Assembly: GCA_963676565.1 (NCBI GenBank)
Contig: OY781089.1
Coordinates: forward strand, 2,656,001 to 2,720,000
Origin: Halarcobacter sp.
GTDB lineage: Bacteria; Campylobacterota; Campylobacteria; Campylobacterales; Arcobacteraceae
DNA: 64,000 nt
Direction of reading: 5' to 3'
Made by a program: the position numbers and the translations under genes. The notes beneath the pieces are model-generated. The model did not search any database, had not been told where the DNA came from, and worked only from the letters and a program-made list of their open reading frames with translations. Below, piece by piece: positions 30,514-40,993 of the stretch. Every line of letters starts with the position of its first letter. The first letter of the stretch is position 1.

Positions 30514-31500
30514 ATGAAATTAATGATTATTACGTTAACAATATTTTTTACAACATTTTTAAATGCACAAAATATTGAAGAATTATATATAAAAGCAAAA
30601 GAGTATGAGCAAAATGGAAATTTCAAAGAGGCTATGCTTACATACAAAGAGATTGCTAAAAAAGAAAGAGATATAAATAAAACTTACATAGATGAAGAGA
30701 TTAAAATTACAAATGAAGTTATAACTGAGAATCTTGATCCAATTGAAAATGAGGAAACAGTTGAAACAATAGAACAAATACTTGCTTCAAATTTCAACCT
30801 TTACCCTTACCATGAAAACTACTTATTTCCTTTCTCATACGATACAAAAAAAAGAAGTGATGGCCGAAATCAAATGGAAACAAAATTTCAACTAAGTGTA
30901 AAAAAACCAATACTTACCAATTTTTTTAATCTAAATGAAACTATCTATTTTGGATATACCCATACTTCATGGTGGCAACTATACAATGATTCAGCCCCTT
31001 TTAGAGAAACAAACTATAGACCAGAAATATTTGTAAATATCCCTTATATAAGAGCAGATAAAACAGCATTAAAGGGTTTTAAATTTGGGTTTTTACATGA
31101 ATCTAATGGTCAAGATAAACCAAAATCAAGATCTTGGAATAGATTATATTTAGAAAGCTACTTTCAACTTGGAAACCTTTTTGCTATTCCAAAAGTTTGG
31201 TATAGAATCCCTGAAAAAGAGGTAGATGATGATAACCCTGATATTCAAGATTTCTTAGGTTATGGAGATTTAACTTTAGTATATCCATATAAAAGACACA
31301 CTTTAAAATTACTTCTTAGAAATAATATGAAGTTTGATGATGATAACAAAGGGTTTGCTCAACTTGATTGGACTTTCCCATTTTTTGGTTCTAAAAACAC
31401 TTTTGGTTATATCCAACTTTCAAATGGTTATGGTGATAGTTTAATAGATTATGATAAAGAGATTAGTAGAATAAACTTTGGTATATCTTTATCTAGATAA
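30514..31500 (+). CDS. pldA: outer-membrane phospholipase A
   Basis: KFQLS.K, S.PFRETNY.PE, HESNG, SRSWNR, YG.SLIDY motifs. Confidence 0.94.
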   Translation: MKLMIITLTIFFTTFLNAQNIEELYIKAKEYEQNGNFKEAMLTYKEIAKKERDINKTYIDEEIKITNEVITENLDPIENEETVETIEQILASNFNLYPYHENYLFPFSYDTKKRSDGRNQMETKFQLSVKKPILTNFFNLNETIYFGYTHTSWWQLYNDSAPFRETNYRPEIFVNIPYIRADKTALKGFKFGFLHESNGQDKPKSRSWNRLYLESYFQLGNLFAIPKVWYRIPEKEVDDDNPDIQDFLGYGDLTLVYPYKRHTLKLLLRNNMKFDDDNKGFAQLDWTFPFFGSKNTFGYIQLSNGYGDSLIDYDKEISRINFGISLSR

Positions 31501-31981
31501 GAGTTAGACCATCTTTGGAGTTTTTATAGGTACTTTTTAAAAAGTCGTTTAAAAACTCTTTATCAAAGGTTTTCACTCCATTTAGACAAATATCTAAATA
31601 ATCTAAATTTGGCAAAATTTCATGGTTTCTTTTCTCCTCTTTACCCATATATAAAAAACTATCTCCCAACTTTTTCCCACAATAAGTTTCTATATAATCT
31701 GATGAAACAATATTTCTGTTATAACCTTTTTCTCTAATATCTAAAGTATCAAAATAGTTTGAAGATAAGTTTTTGATTAGTATGGCATTAAACCAAGAGT
31801 TTTTATCTTTTTGCACATTTAAAACAGCTCTGTCAATTGAGTTTTTAAATCTATAAGAGGGTTCTTGGTTAAAAACCCTTTTAAAACCATAAACCTTTAT
31901 AATTTCAACATCAACAAGATTAATATTTTCTTTTTCAAGTTCTTTTTTATTTATAAGACTTCCATAAACAATTAAGTTCAT
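31493..31981 (-). CDS. gamma-glutamylcyclotransferase-fold (GGCT/ChaC-like) protein
   Basis: VYGSL, GFKR.F, LD.RE.GY; ATG at 31981 coupled (TAATG) to the NUDIX stop. Confidence 0.75.
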   Translation of the reverse strand: MNLIVYGSLINKKELEKENINLVDVEIIKVYGFKRVFNQEPSYRFKNSIDRAVLNVQKDKNSWFNAILIKNLSSNYFDTLDIREKGYNRNIVSSDYIETYCGKKLGDSFLYMGKEEKRNHEILPNLDYLDICLNGVKTFDKEFLNDFLKSTYKNSKDGLTLI

Positions 31982-32550
31982 TATTGTCTTTTTTCCATAA
32001 ACCACATAAATGAAAACATTAAACCTGGAGTTTTAGCTTTTGTTTCATCAAACATAAACTCTTTATAATCATCAACTGGAAGATACATTAATTCTATTTG
32101 TTCATCATTTATACCTCCACCATCATGCTCTTTCATTGAATCATCAACTTGTGCAAAAAAAAGTGTTTGGCAACCACCACTTACACCAACATTTGTGTAA
32201 AAAGAACTTATCTTCTCAATTTTTTCTAAAGGGACGTTATATCCACACTCTTCATCAATCTCTTCTTGAGCAATTTCAAGTAAAGATTTATCTTTATCAA
32301 CAATCCCTGCACATAATTCATAGGTGCATAATTTTGATTTATCATTCAAATAAACAGGTGGTCTAAACTGTTTAACTAATATAAATGCATTTTTTTCACT
32401 ATGGTATAAAAGAATTGCAACTGAATCAAAACTTTTTACAGCTTCCCAATTTTTCTCAATACCATTTTGAATATAAGAGATTTTCACCGGATGGACAAAT
32501 TTAGTATCCACTAAATCACTGGTTTTAAACTTTTCAATTTTGTTATTCAT
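31981..32550 (-). CDS. NUDIX hydrolase (ADP-/UDP-sugar pyrophosphatase type)
   Basis: QFRPP, ELCAGIVD...EEIDEECGY Nudix box. Confidence 0.88.
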   Translation of the reverse strand: MNNKIEKFKTSDLVDTKFVHPVKISYIQNGIEKNWEAVKSFDSVAILLYHSEKNAFILVKQFRPPVYLNDKSKLCTYELCAGIVDKDKSLLEIAQEEIDEECGYNVPLEKIEKISSFYTNVGVSGGCQTLFFAQVDDSMKEHDGGGINDEQIELMYLPVDDYKEFMFDETKAKTPGLMFSFMWFMEKRQ

Positions 32551-32639
32551 ATTTAGCCTTTGCAATATTTTATTGATTTTTCAATAAAATAAGTTTAAAT
32601 CAAATATTGTAATTCTATAAATAAGAAAAGGTTGTAATA

Positions 32640-33245
32640 ATGAAACTTAAATATACAGGTCCCAAAGAGTTAATCTCTCCACACGGAGTTAGTTTTAAAA
32701 GAGGTAAAGATGATAAATATGTATATATTCATCCTGCAATTCAAATATATAATGCAATTCATCATGACTATGAAAAAGATAAAATCTATACTTTAAATAT
32801 AGAAGGAAAAAGATTAAGCGATGAAGATTTAACAGAAAAAATACTTCTTTTAAGACCTGAATTTAAAAAATATTTTGAAGAACAAGTAGATGAAATAAAA
32901 GACTATTTGGATGAAGAGATAGATTCTATAAGTGGATTAAATGAGTTTTCAGAAGAAGAGAAAAAAATTTATAAGAGCAATCTTATTATTATGAAAAACT
33001 ATCGTATCCAAAGAGCTTTTAATAAAGCTGTTTATACTAAACTAATAGAAACAATAGTTGATGATATATTTATCCATAAATTAAAAGAGATAAATGCACC
33101 TTTTAATGAAAGGTTTTGGCATATTTTCCAAACAATTCAAGGGGAACTATCTAACCACAATCATAGATCAATTGGTTCAAAACTAGATATTCTTCATGAT
33201 AACGATTATCTAAGTATCTCTTTAAAAATAAACTCTATAGGGTAA
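32640..33245 (+). CDS. hypothetical protein
   Basis: 201-aa ORF with AAGG RBS and host-like codons. Confidence 0.75.
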   Translation: MKLKYTGPKELISPHGVSFKRGKDDKYVYIHPAIQIYNAIHHDYEKDKIYTLNIEGKRLSDEDLTEKILLLRPEFKKYFEEQVDEIKDYLDEEIDSISGLNEFSEEEKKIYKSNLIIMKNYRIQRAFNKAVYTKLIETIVDDIFIHKLKEINAPFNERFWHIFQTIQGELSNHNHRSIGSKLDILHDNDYLSISLKINSIG

Positions 33246-34407
33246 TAAGAAGTTTACTAAAGTCGATTTTGAAGGTAGAGCCTTCATCGATTTTTGATTC
33301 TAAGCTTAGTTTTAAATTATAGTCTTTACAAATTCTTTTTACTATATCAAGTCCTATTCCAAAACCACCTTCATGATTAACTCCCCTTTTGTATCGTTTG
33401 AAAATCTCTTCTTGATCTTTTTTAGATATCCCTATTCCAAAATCTTGTACACTTAAAACAGCATCTTTTAGACTTACATTTACAATTGAGTTTGCATTAC
33501 TGTATTTAATAGAGTTTGAAATTAAATTATTCACTATCTTTTGAGCCTTTGTTTTATCCATTTTAACTAAACATCTATCAACATCTGAATTTATCTTAAT
33601 ATTTTTAGTTATTGAAATATCATTGAAATACTCCACACTATCATTAACTAAACTTGCTAAATTGAAGTTTTGGATATGACTATCATCCATATTTGAAAAG
33701 GCTGAGAAGTGAATATCATTGTAAATTTGGGAAATTTGTTTAGAGCTACTTAAAATATATCTCAACATCTTTTCACTATTTTTACCTTTTTTTAACATAC
33801 TAACTGATGTCATAAGAACTGAAATTGGGGTATTTAATTCATGGGCAGAATCTTTAATAAAATTATCCAATTGAACAACTTTTTCCCTAACAGGTTTAAG
33901 TAATATTCTTGCAAGAAAAAATGCAATAAATGCCACAAATATAGCACTTAGAAAAAATGCAATAACAATATAAATTTTCAAATTCTCTTTGCTTTTTACC
34001 CCTTGGGTTGTTTGTGTAATAATATATTTTATTGGGATATCTTTTTCATTTAAGCTCTCCATATAAAAATGGTATTTATCTTTTCCATAAAAATCTTCAT
34101 TAAACTCTACTAGTTTTTCCTCTTGTAAATATGAATAAATTGGATTTTTTTCTTTATCAAAGATTGCATAATTTATACTTTCTTCTTTTAATTTTTTTGG
34201 TACAAAATCTTTGTGGTGCATATGAGCATTTAAAATATCATTTTTGATTTGCATAGAGGCATTTTTAAGTTCCATTGTACAAGTATCTTCAAGTGATTCC
34301 ACTTCATTTTTATAATAAACAGATAATAAAATACCTATTAATAAAAGTGCAGATCCGACATAAATAGTAAGAAAACTTAATAATGCTTTTTTTTCATTGT
34401 TATTCAA
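33235..34407 (-). CDS. two-component sensor histidine kinase
   Basis: Two TMs, HELNTP H-box, N/G1/F/G2 boxes. Confidence 0.93.
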   Translation of the reverse strand: MNNNEKKALLSFLTIYVGSALLLIGILLSVYYKNEVESLEDTCTMELKNASMQIKNDILNAHMHHKDFVPKKLKEESINYAIFDKEKNPIYSYLQEEKLVEFNEDFYGKDKYHFYMESLNEKDIPIKYIITQTTQGVKSKENLKIYIVIAFFLSAIFVAFIAFFLARILLKPVREKVVQLDNFIKDSAHELNTPISVLMTSVSMLKKGKNSEKMLRYILSSSKQISQIYNDIHFSAFSNMDDSHIQNFNLASLVNDSVEYFNDISITKNIKINSDVDRCLVKMDKTKAQKIVNNLISNSIKYSNANSIVNVSLKDAVLSVQDFGIGISKKDQEEIFKRYKRGVNHEGGFGIGLDIVKRICKDYNLKLSLESKIDEGSTFKIDFSKLLITL

Positions 34408-35059
34408 ATTTGTACCCTATTCCTCTTATTGTTTGAATTCTTTCTTTTCCAAGAATCTCTCTTAAATTTTTAATATAAACTCTTATAGTTGCATCTGTTG
34501 GCATCTCATCATAAGCCCAGATATTTTGTAATAATTCATCAGATGAGATAACTCTATTTTTGTGATTAAAAAAATATTTTAGGATATCCCTTTCTTTTAA
34601 AGCAATTTTCTTTGTTTTATCTTTTATTTTTATCTCACAAGTATTAGGGAAAAAAGTTATATCTTCAGAGATTTTAAATTCATTATTCTGCTCAATCATA
34701 AAATTTTTACAAAGTTTCATTATTCTTTGGTCCAATTCTTCTAAATCAAAAGGCTTTTTAATATAATCATCAACCCCATTTTCAAAAGACTCTTTTAGAT
34801 GCTTTATATCTTGATAGGCAGTTAATATTATAATAGGAGTATTATTATTGTAGTCTTCTCTAAGGATTTTTAAAACCTCTAATCCACTCATTATTGGTGT
34901 ATTTATATCTAATAAAGCTAAATCATATACATCATCAAGTAAATTTTCTAAAGCTTCTTGTCCATTTGTGCACAAGGTCACTTCAAAATCTTTATCACAT
35001 AGATGTTCATTTAATAAATCATTTAATGCAAAATCATCTTCCAATAGTAGTATTTTCAA
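34400..35059 (-). CDS. OmpR-family response regulator
   Basis: LEDD, LLDI, KPF, wHTH with TIRGIGY. Confidence 0.93.
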   Translation of the reverse strand: MKILLLEDDFALNDLLNEHLCDKDFEVTLCTNGQEALENLLDDVYDLALLDINTPIMSGLEVLKILREDYNNNTPIIILTAYQDIKHLKESFENGVDDYIKKPFDLEELDQRIMKLCKNFMIEQNNEFKISEDITFFPNTCEIKIKDKTKKIALKERDILKYFFNHKNRVISSDELLQNIWAYDEMPTDATIRVYIKNLREILGKERIQTIRGIGYKFE

Positions 35060-35123
35060 AACTTATCCTTATTAAAAATACTACGATTATACTCTAGTTT
35101 TGTTTATTGAGTGTGTATTGAAT

Positions 35124-35624
35124 TTACTTGAAGTTATCAAAAACTAGTGGTGATTTGAACTCTAAAGATTTAAGATGTTTCATAATAGTTTGTAAATCAT
35201 CAATATTTTTACCTGTAACTCTTATCTCATCACCTTGATTTACAGCTTTTACTTTTAGTTTTAAATTTTTTATCTCTACTTGGATTTTTTTTGCTTCATC
35301 TTGTTTGATTGAATCAATTATTGCATATGAATATTTTCTATTTCCCCCTGAACTATCCTCTTTTTTTGCTTCATCCAAAGAGTTGATTGAAAGTCCTCTT
35401 TTATTCATTTTAGAGATTAATATATCATATATTGCATCTACTTTGTTATCACTTGAAGAGATAATTGTTAATGTTTTTGCTCCTTGATTAAAATCAATCT
35501 CAGCTTTTAAACCTTTAAAATCATATCTATTATCAACCTCTTTTTGTGCTTGAATTACTGCATTTTTCATCTCTTGCATATCAAGTTTTGCTGAAATATC
35601 AAAACTGTGTTCTTTTGCTGCCAT
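35124..35624 (-). CDS. yajQ: YajQ-family nucleotide/c-di-GMP-binding protein
   Basis: SFDI, RYDFKG, QGDEIRV.GK..DDLQ motifs. Confidence 0.93.
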   Translation of the reverse strand: MAAKEHSFDISAKLDMQEMKNAVIQAQKEVDNRYDFKGLKAEIDFNQGAKTLTIISSSDNKVDAIYDILISKMNKRGLSINSLDEAKKEDSSGGNRKYSYAIIDSIKQDEAKKIQVEIKNLKLKVKAVNQGDEIRVTGKNIDDLQTIMKHLKSLEFKSPLVFDNFK

Positions 35625-35674
35625 TAATGCTCCTTAATTTTTTTTATTATAGAAGATTTATTATACAAGAATAA

Positions 35675-36460
35675 TTAAATCCATTTTAAAATTTTAAAAA
35701 GTTTTGTTTGAATTACCATAAATAACAATGAAGCACAAAAAGCTAATAAAGTACCATATAAAATACCTATTTTTGAATAAGTCATATAAACAACTAAAGA
35801 GTATATAGCTACTGAGCTCAATCCAAATGGTGTATTTTTTATGATAGTTCTAGCTTGTAAATTGCTATGCCTAAAATGTATTATCAACAATAAAGGTAAT
35901 AAAATAGTAGGGAAAGCAGAAAAAATACCTGCAATATTTGCTGGAACTATTTTTGGTAGACTTGAAACTATTAAAAATATAATAATAGTTAAAAAAGATC
36001 TAAATAACAGATCACTAATTGTTATTTTATCCCTTTTTACTGTTGGGAAATTCTCTTTTTTTGCAAAATAAATTGAAGCAATATACATCAATGCTATCAC
36101 TACTAAAGGAGTAAAGATTATATGTGGAGGTATAAAAGATATAACTAATGCAATAAACATATATGCAATAAAAGAGATAAATAGACTTAAAAATATCTCA
36201 AATTTTCCCTTATAAAAAGTACTAATGTAGTAACCAATGCAAAATGACAAGGCAGCAAAAAGCCCATGAATATTGTACAATGCAACATGCGTTACATAAT
36301 CAACACCATTTTCAATAGCAAAAAAAAGTAGAGTAATAGAGCTTCCTATAGGAAGTCCAGATAATATACCTGAAATCTTTGGACTTAACTTTTCGGCTAT
36401 GAAACTTAGTGCTAAAACTAAAGCCACAACTGAGATTGACTTTATAATTAAAAGTTCCAT
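35675..36460 (-). CDS. integral membrane protein with internal duplication
   Basis: Multiple TMs; GILSGLP and GIFSAFP repeats. Confidence 0.75.
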   Translation of the reverse strand: MELLIIKSISVVALVLALSFIAEKLSPKISGILSGLPIGSSITLLFFAIENGVDYVTHVALYNIHGLFAALSFCIGYYISTFYKGKFEIFLSLFISFIAYMFIALVISFIPPHIIFTPLVVIALMYIASIYFAKKENFPTVKRDKITISDLLFRSFLTIIIFLIVSSLPKIVPANIAGIFSAFPTILLPLLLIIHFRHSNLQARTIIKNTPFGLSSVAIYSLVVYMTYSKIGILYGTLLAFCASLLFMVIQTKLFKILKWI

Positions 36461-36495
36461 TAGGTTTTCCTAAAAAATATATAAATTAAAGATAT

Positions 36496-36518
36496 TAGGA
36501 AGTGTTAAACACTTCCTA
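36496..36518 (-). terminator. terminator after uraA
   Basis: taggaagtgt-taa-acacttccta, 10-bp stem. Confidence 0.7.
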
Positions 36519-36520
36519 TA

Positions 36521-37777
36521 TTAAAGAATATGGTCTTCTTTTCGTGGTTGTGGTAAGATAAGATTTAAGATAATTCCTGTAATTGCTCCAAGACCAATTC
36601 CAGAGAATGGAACTCCACCAAAATTAAAAGTCATTCCACCAATTGAGAATACTAAAATCATAGAAACAATAATTAGATTTCTTGGACAATTAAAATCTAC
36701 ATTTGCTCTAGTTAAAGTTGAGATACCAACTGAAGCAATAATTCCAAATAAAAGTAACATAATCCCACCCATAACTGGCACTGGTATCGTTGCTAACAAT
36801 CCACCTAATTTACCAACAAAAGCTAAAACAATTGCCATAATTGCTGCCCATGTCATAATTGCAGGATTAAATGCTTTAGTAACTGTTACAGCACCTGTTA
36901 CTTCTGAATAAGTTGTATTTGGTGGTCCACCAAATAATGATGCTACTGATGTAGCAAGTCCATCACCTAAAAGGGTATTCTTTAAACCTGGTTTTTTAAG
37001 ATAATCCTCTTTTGTAACGTTTGAAATAGCAAGCATATCTCCAATATGTTCAATTGCAGGAGCGATTGCAATAGGAAGAATAAATAAAATCGCTTGCCAA
37101 TTAAACTCAGGAGCAGTAAAACTTGGCATTGCAAACCATGCAGCATCAGAAACTGGTTGGAAGTTTACTAAGCCAAGAGATAAAGCAACGATATAACCAA
37201 CAATTATTCCACCTAAAATTGGAACTAATCTAAAAATTCCTTTTCCTAACAATGAGATTAACATTGTTGTAAATAATGCAACCATAGATACAATAATTGC
37301 TTTTTCAAATGGTACTAATACAATTGCGCCATCACCAGTTTTTCCCATAGCCATATTAACAGCAACAGGAGAAAGTATTAAACCAATTGAGATAATAACA
37401 GGACCTACTACAATTGCAGGTAAAAGTTTATGAATAAAACCATCACCTTTAGCTCTAATTATAAAACTAAGAACAACATAAAGTAAACCTGCTGCGACAA
37501 GTCCAGACATAGTTGCTGCAATACCCCAAGTTTTAACACCATGTGAAATTGGTGCAATAAAAGCAAATGATGATGCTAAAAAAATTGGAGGAACATTTTC
37601 TTTGTTAACAAGTTGAAAAACTAAAGTACCAATACCAGCGGTAAATAGTGCAACATTTGGGTCAAGTCCAGTTAAAATTGGTACTAAAACTAAAGCACCA
37701 AAAGCAACAAATAAGAACTGTAGACCAAGAATAGAGTCTTTGACCCTAAAATTGTAATCTGTGGGTTTCATATACAT
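36521..37777 (-). CDS. uraA: uracil permease (NAT/NCS2)
   Basis: LASSFAF, EHIGD, PPNTTYSEV signature; divergent from upp. Confidence 0.93.
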   Translation of the reverse strand: MYMKPTDYNFRVKDSILGLQFLFVAFGALVLVPILTGLDPNVALFTAGIGTLVFQLVNKENVPPIFLASSFAFIAPISHGVKTWGIAATMSGLVAAGLLYVVLSFIIRAKGDGFIHKLLPAIVVGPVIISIGLILSPVAVNMAMGKTGDGAIVLVPFEKAIIVSMVALFTTMLISLLGKGIFRLVPILGGIIVGYIVALSLGLVNFQPVSDAAWFAMPSFTAPEFNWQAILFILPIAIAPAIEHIGDMLAISNVTKEDYLKKPGLKNTLLGDGLATSVASLFGGPPNTTYSEVTGAVTVTKAFNPAIMTWAAIMAIVLAFVGKLGGLLATIPVPVMGGIMLLLFGIIASVGISTLTRANVDFNCPRNLIIVSMILVFSIGGMTFNFGGVPFSGIGLGAITGIILNLILPQPRKEDHIL

Positions 37778-37925
37778 CCTCTTTTAAGTATAAATTTAGA
37801 TATTTTATCTAAGTTTATATTAATCATCTGTAAATTAATGTGTAATTTATAAGCAATTTTTAGATAAGATTAATTAAAATAAACAAACTACGGTTTATAA
37901 AACCCCCTAAAAAAAGGCTATTATA

Positions 37926-38549
37926 ATGTATAAAGAGAGTACAAATGTTGTTGTAAAACATTTAGTAAACAGACTAAGAGATGTACGAACTAACTCAAAT
38001 GAATTTAGACTTACTATTGAAGAGATTTCAAGAATTATTGCATCTGAAGCATTAAGTGAATTTCCAACAATTACTACAAATATTCAAACTTGGCAAGGAC
38101 CACTTGATGTTGAAGTTATAGAGGTTCAAAAATTAGTTTTAGTACCAATTTTAAGAGCTGGTGAACCAATGTTAACAGGTATTTTAAGAACTTTACCATA
38201 TGCAAAAAGTGGATTTTTAGCTATGAAAAGAGATGAGCAGACTGCTCAAAGTAAACTTTTTTATGAAAATATCCCACCTTTAAAAGATAAAACTGTACTT
38301 TTACTTGACCCAATGATTGCAACAGGTGGATCTTTAATTGATGGAATAGATTATTTAAAAGAAAAAGGTGCTAAAAAAATCATCTCATTAAATATTTTAG
38401 GTGCTCCTGAAGGGATAGAAGCAGTTCAAAGTGCACATCCAGATGTTGATATTTATATTGCACAAATTGATGAAAGACTTGATGAAAATAAATATATTAG
38501 ACCAGGTCTTGGAGATGCTGGAGATAGAGCATTTAACACTAACGCTTAA
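37926..38549 (+). CDS. upp: uracil phosphoribosyltransferase
   Basis: PILRAG, DPMIATGGS, YI.PGLGDAGDR motifs. Confidence 0.97.
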   Translation: MYKESTNVVVKHLVNRLRDVRTNSNEFRLTIEEISRIIASEALSEFPTITTNIQTWQGPLDVEVIEVQKLVLVPILRAGEPMLTGILRTLPYAKSGFLAMKRDEQTAQSKLFYENIPPLKDKTVLLLDPMIATGGSLIDGIDYLKEKGAKKIISLNILGAPEGIEAVQSAHPDVDIYIAQIDERLDENKYIRPGLGDAGDRAFNTNA

Positions 38550-39325
38550 CTGTTACCATACTCATACGCTAAAGGGTTTGGATATTTATATCTAAATCCT
38601 TCTCTTTCAATTTTACTTCCATCTATTAATCTTTGTTTATATTCTTTTTTATTTTTAAAAATAGGTTTATCAAATCCAAATCTTGAAGCATTTTTAAAAT
38701 ATATCTCTTTTCTAGTTGGATGTTTACTGCTACAAAGATTATATATTCCTTCTAAATCATTAAGAAGCGCAAATTTAGTTGCTCCTATAACATCATCTAA
38801 GTGAACATAATTTATCTTTACATCCTCACTATCAAGTTCTTTTCCTGCAAAATATTTTCCAGAAATTCTATTTGCTCCCATAAGTCCAGCACATCTAAAG
38901 ATAAGATGGGTTTTGTCTTTAATTAATTTTTCTATATCATAAATCTTTTGTGATTTAGCATTTATAAATACTTCATCTTCACTAAAAGTTTTTTCTTCAT
39001 CTGGATAGATTGAAGTTGAGCTGATAAATATGATTTTCTCTATCTTTTCTATACTTTTGTGGGAATAAATTTTTTCTAAAAAAGCTTTAAAATCTTGGAA
39101 TTTTGAAGGGGGAAAGTTTATAAAAAGATAGTTTGTATTTAAAAGATTGTCTAATCCTTCATAAGAAGTTTCATTTAAAACAAATGCCTTTAAGCCCTCA
39201 TTTTCAAAAGCCTCTTTTTTCTCTTCTATTCGAACAGAAACCTTAACCTCATAGTTTTCTTTTAAACTAAGGGCTAAAGGATGACCTAGCCACCCTGTCC
39301 CTAAAATTGAAACTGTTTTTTTCAT
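38546..39325 (-). CDS. NAD(P)-dependent epimerase/dehydratase (atypical SDR, YeeZ-like)
   Basis: ILGTGWLG, ISSTSIY, N.VH.DD motifs. Confidence 0.85.
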   Translation of the reverse strand: MKKTVSILGTGWLGHPLALSLKENYEVKVSVRIEEKKEAFENEGLKAFVLNETSYEGLDNLLNTNYLFINFPPSKFQDFKAFLEKIYSHKSIEKIEKIIFISSTSIYPDEEKTFSEDEVFINAKSQKIYDIEKLIKDKTHLIFRCAGLMGANRISGKYFAGKELDSEDVKINYVHLDDVIGATKFALLNDLEGIYNLCSSKHPTRKEIYFKNASRFGFDKPIFKNKKEYKQRLIDGSKIEREGFRYKYPNPLAYEYGNS

Positions 39326-39327
39326 TA

Positions 39328-40128
39328 TTACTCTTTTTTCTTTAGCTCTTGAACCTCTTGCCTTAATGTTTTAATCTCATCAAGTAAAATATCCAATTTT
39401 TTACTATCTTCATGCATCTCATCATGAAAATCGGATTCTTGTATTTTTTGCATCTCTCCAATAATAACAGCAACAAATAGATTAAAAAATACAAATGCTG
39501 CAATAATTACAAAAGATACAAAATAAGTCCATGCCCACGGATATACTTCCATGGCTTCATACATCACATCAGTCCAATCTTCAAAGGTTAAAACTCTAAA
39601 TAAAGTTAACATTGAAACTAAAAAATCTTTCCATAGTCCAGATGGTAAATCATGGAAATAGAAGTTTCCAACAATTGCATAGATATAAAAAATTATAAAC
39701 ATTAAAATTACAATATCAATAATTGAAGGGATTGCTTTAATAAGCATATCAATAATTGCTTTTAATTCTGGTCTTGCTGTAAACAATCTTAAAACTCTAA
39801 ATACTCTTAACATCCTTGCAATTGCTGCAAATCCAGATTGTTCTAATGGTAAAAGGGTAATTACCACAATTACAAAATCAAAAACATTCCATCCAGATTT
39901 AAAAAAATTAATAAACTTTCTTTCAGCAACCATTTTTATAGCTATCTCAAAAACAAAATAAATAGTTACAAAAACATCTGCAAACTGTAAAAACATTGCA
40001 TAATGTGTTTCAACCTCTCCTATTGTTTTAAATCCTAATACAGAGGCATATGCTAAAATGATAAAAGTTGTAAGATTAGAGAACCATCTAGAGTCCCTAA
40101 TCTCTTGAATTTTTTCCATTGTAGTCAT
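39328..40128 (-). CDS. 6TM voltage-gated cation channel (BacNav-related)
   Basis: WNVFDF in S3, S4 RMLRVFRVLR, pore TFEDWTD, FNLFVAVI in S6, C-terminal coiled coil. Confidence 0.93.
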   Translation of the reverse strand: MTTMEKIQEIRDSRWFSNLTTFIILAYASVLGFKTIGEVETHYAMFLQFADVFVTIYFVFEIAIKMVAERKFINFFKSGWNVFDFVIVVITLLPLEQSGFAAIARMLRVFRVLRLFTARPELKAIIDMLIKAIPSIIDIVILMFIIFYIYAIVGNFYFHDLPSGLWKDFLVSMLTLFRVLTFEDWTDVMYEAMEVYPWAWTYFVSFVIIAAFVFFNLFVAVIIGEMQKIQESDFHDEMHEDSKKLDILLDEIKTLRQEVQELKKKE

Positions 40129-40133
40129 TTAAT

Positions 40134-40520
40134 TTAATCCTTTAAAATAGAAATTGCTAATAAAACCCAACCAATAATTTGTATTGTTCCACCTAATGGT
40201 GTAATAGCACCTAAATAAGGAGCATCTAAAATTACTAGAAGGTATAATGAAAAAGAAAAAATAATTGTACCAATAAAAATTAGCCAAGATGCTATAACTG
40301 CTTTTTTAGAATTTTCTTTTAAAAACATCACAAAAGATGCAGCAAAAAGTCCAAGTGTATTATAAAAATGGTACTCAACACCTGTATGGTAAGTTATTAG
40401 AAGTTTTGGTTCAACAATTGATTTTAAACCATGAGCCCCAAAAGCACCTATAGCGATGGCAAGTGCCATCATAAATGAAGCTATTGTTAAAAACCGTTTT
40501 ACATTTTTATTGATAATCAT
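40134..40520 (-). CDS. DUF423 membrane protein
   Basis: GAFGAHGL, FS.SLY.L, GAITPLGG motifs. Confidence 0.9.
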   Translation of the reverse strand: MIINKNVKRFLTIASFMMALAIAIGAFGAHGLKSIVEPKLLITYHTGVEYHFYNTLGLFAASFVMFLKENSKKAVIASWLIFIGTIIFSFSLYLLVILDAPYLGAITPLGGTIQIIGWVLLAISILKD

Positions 40521-40599
40521 ATTATTTCCCTAAATTTTTTTGGGAAGATTATCAAATATTACTTAAATAAATACTTTATTTATAAATTAAGCTATTAAA

Positions 40600-40863
40600 T
40601 TATTCTTTATCTTTTTTTGCAGAGAAACCTGCACCTTTTTTTTCTTTTTTTGTAAGTTCTAAATTATTGATTAATTCTTTATAATCAATCCCCTCTTGAT
40701 TCATTTTAGCAAAACATGCAGCACAAGCAGCAATTGCATTTGGAACCTCTTTTTTCTTTTTATATGATTGAATATTTTTTTCACTAACTTTGATTAAAGC
40801 TGTAAATTTAGGTATTGTAAGTTCTGCATCAAGTAGTAGTTTCTTAAAATCGATAAAAGTCAT
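40600..40863 (-). CDS. small XRE/HTH-like protein
   Basis: MTF.DFKKLL..A.LT..KF..L..VS...I..Y....VP pattern; ATG at 40863. Confidence 0.55.
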   Translation of the reverse strand: MTFIDFKKLLLDAELTIPKFTALIKVSEKNIQSYKKKKEVPNAIAACAACFAKMNQEGIDYKELINNLELTKKEKKGAGFSAKKDKE

Positions 40864-40963
40864 TTTATATTTTCCATTCTCTAAATTTGAAATATTATAC
40901 AACAAATATCTTGATTTTTTTCTAATTTTTCAATTGAATATATATTTTATATATAATTTATAG

Positions 40964-40993
40964 AAAAAGATTGGAATTTAATCCAATCTTTTT
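40964..40993 (-). terminator. terminator after purine PRTase
   Basis: aaaaagattgga-atttaa-tccaatcttttt. Confidence 0.7.

Noticed and set aside
37778..37925. PyrR-type attenuator between uraA and upp
   Set aside because: No PyrR-binding loop consensus or convincing terminator
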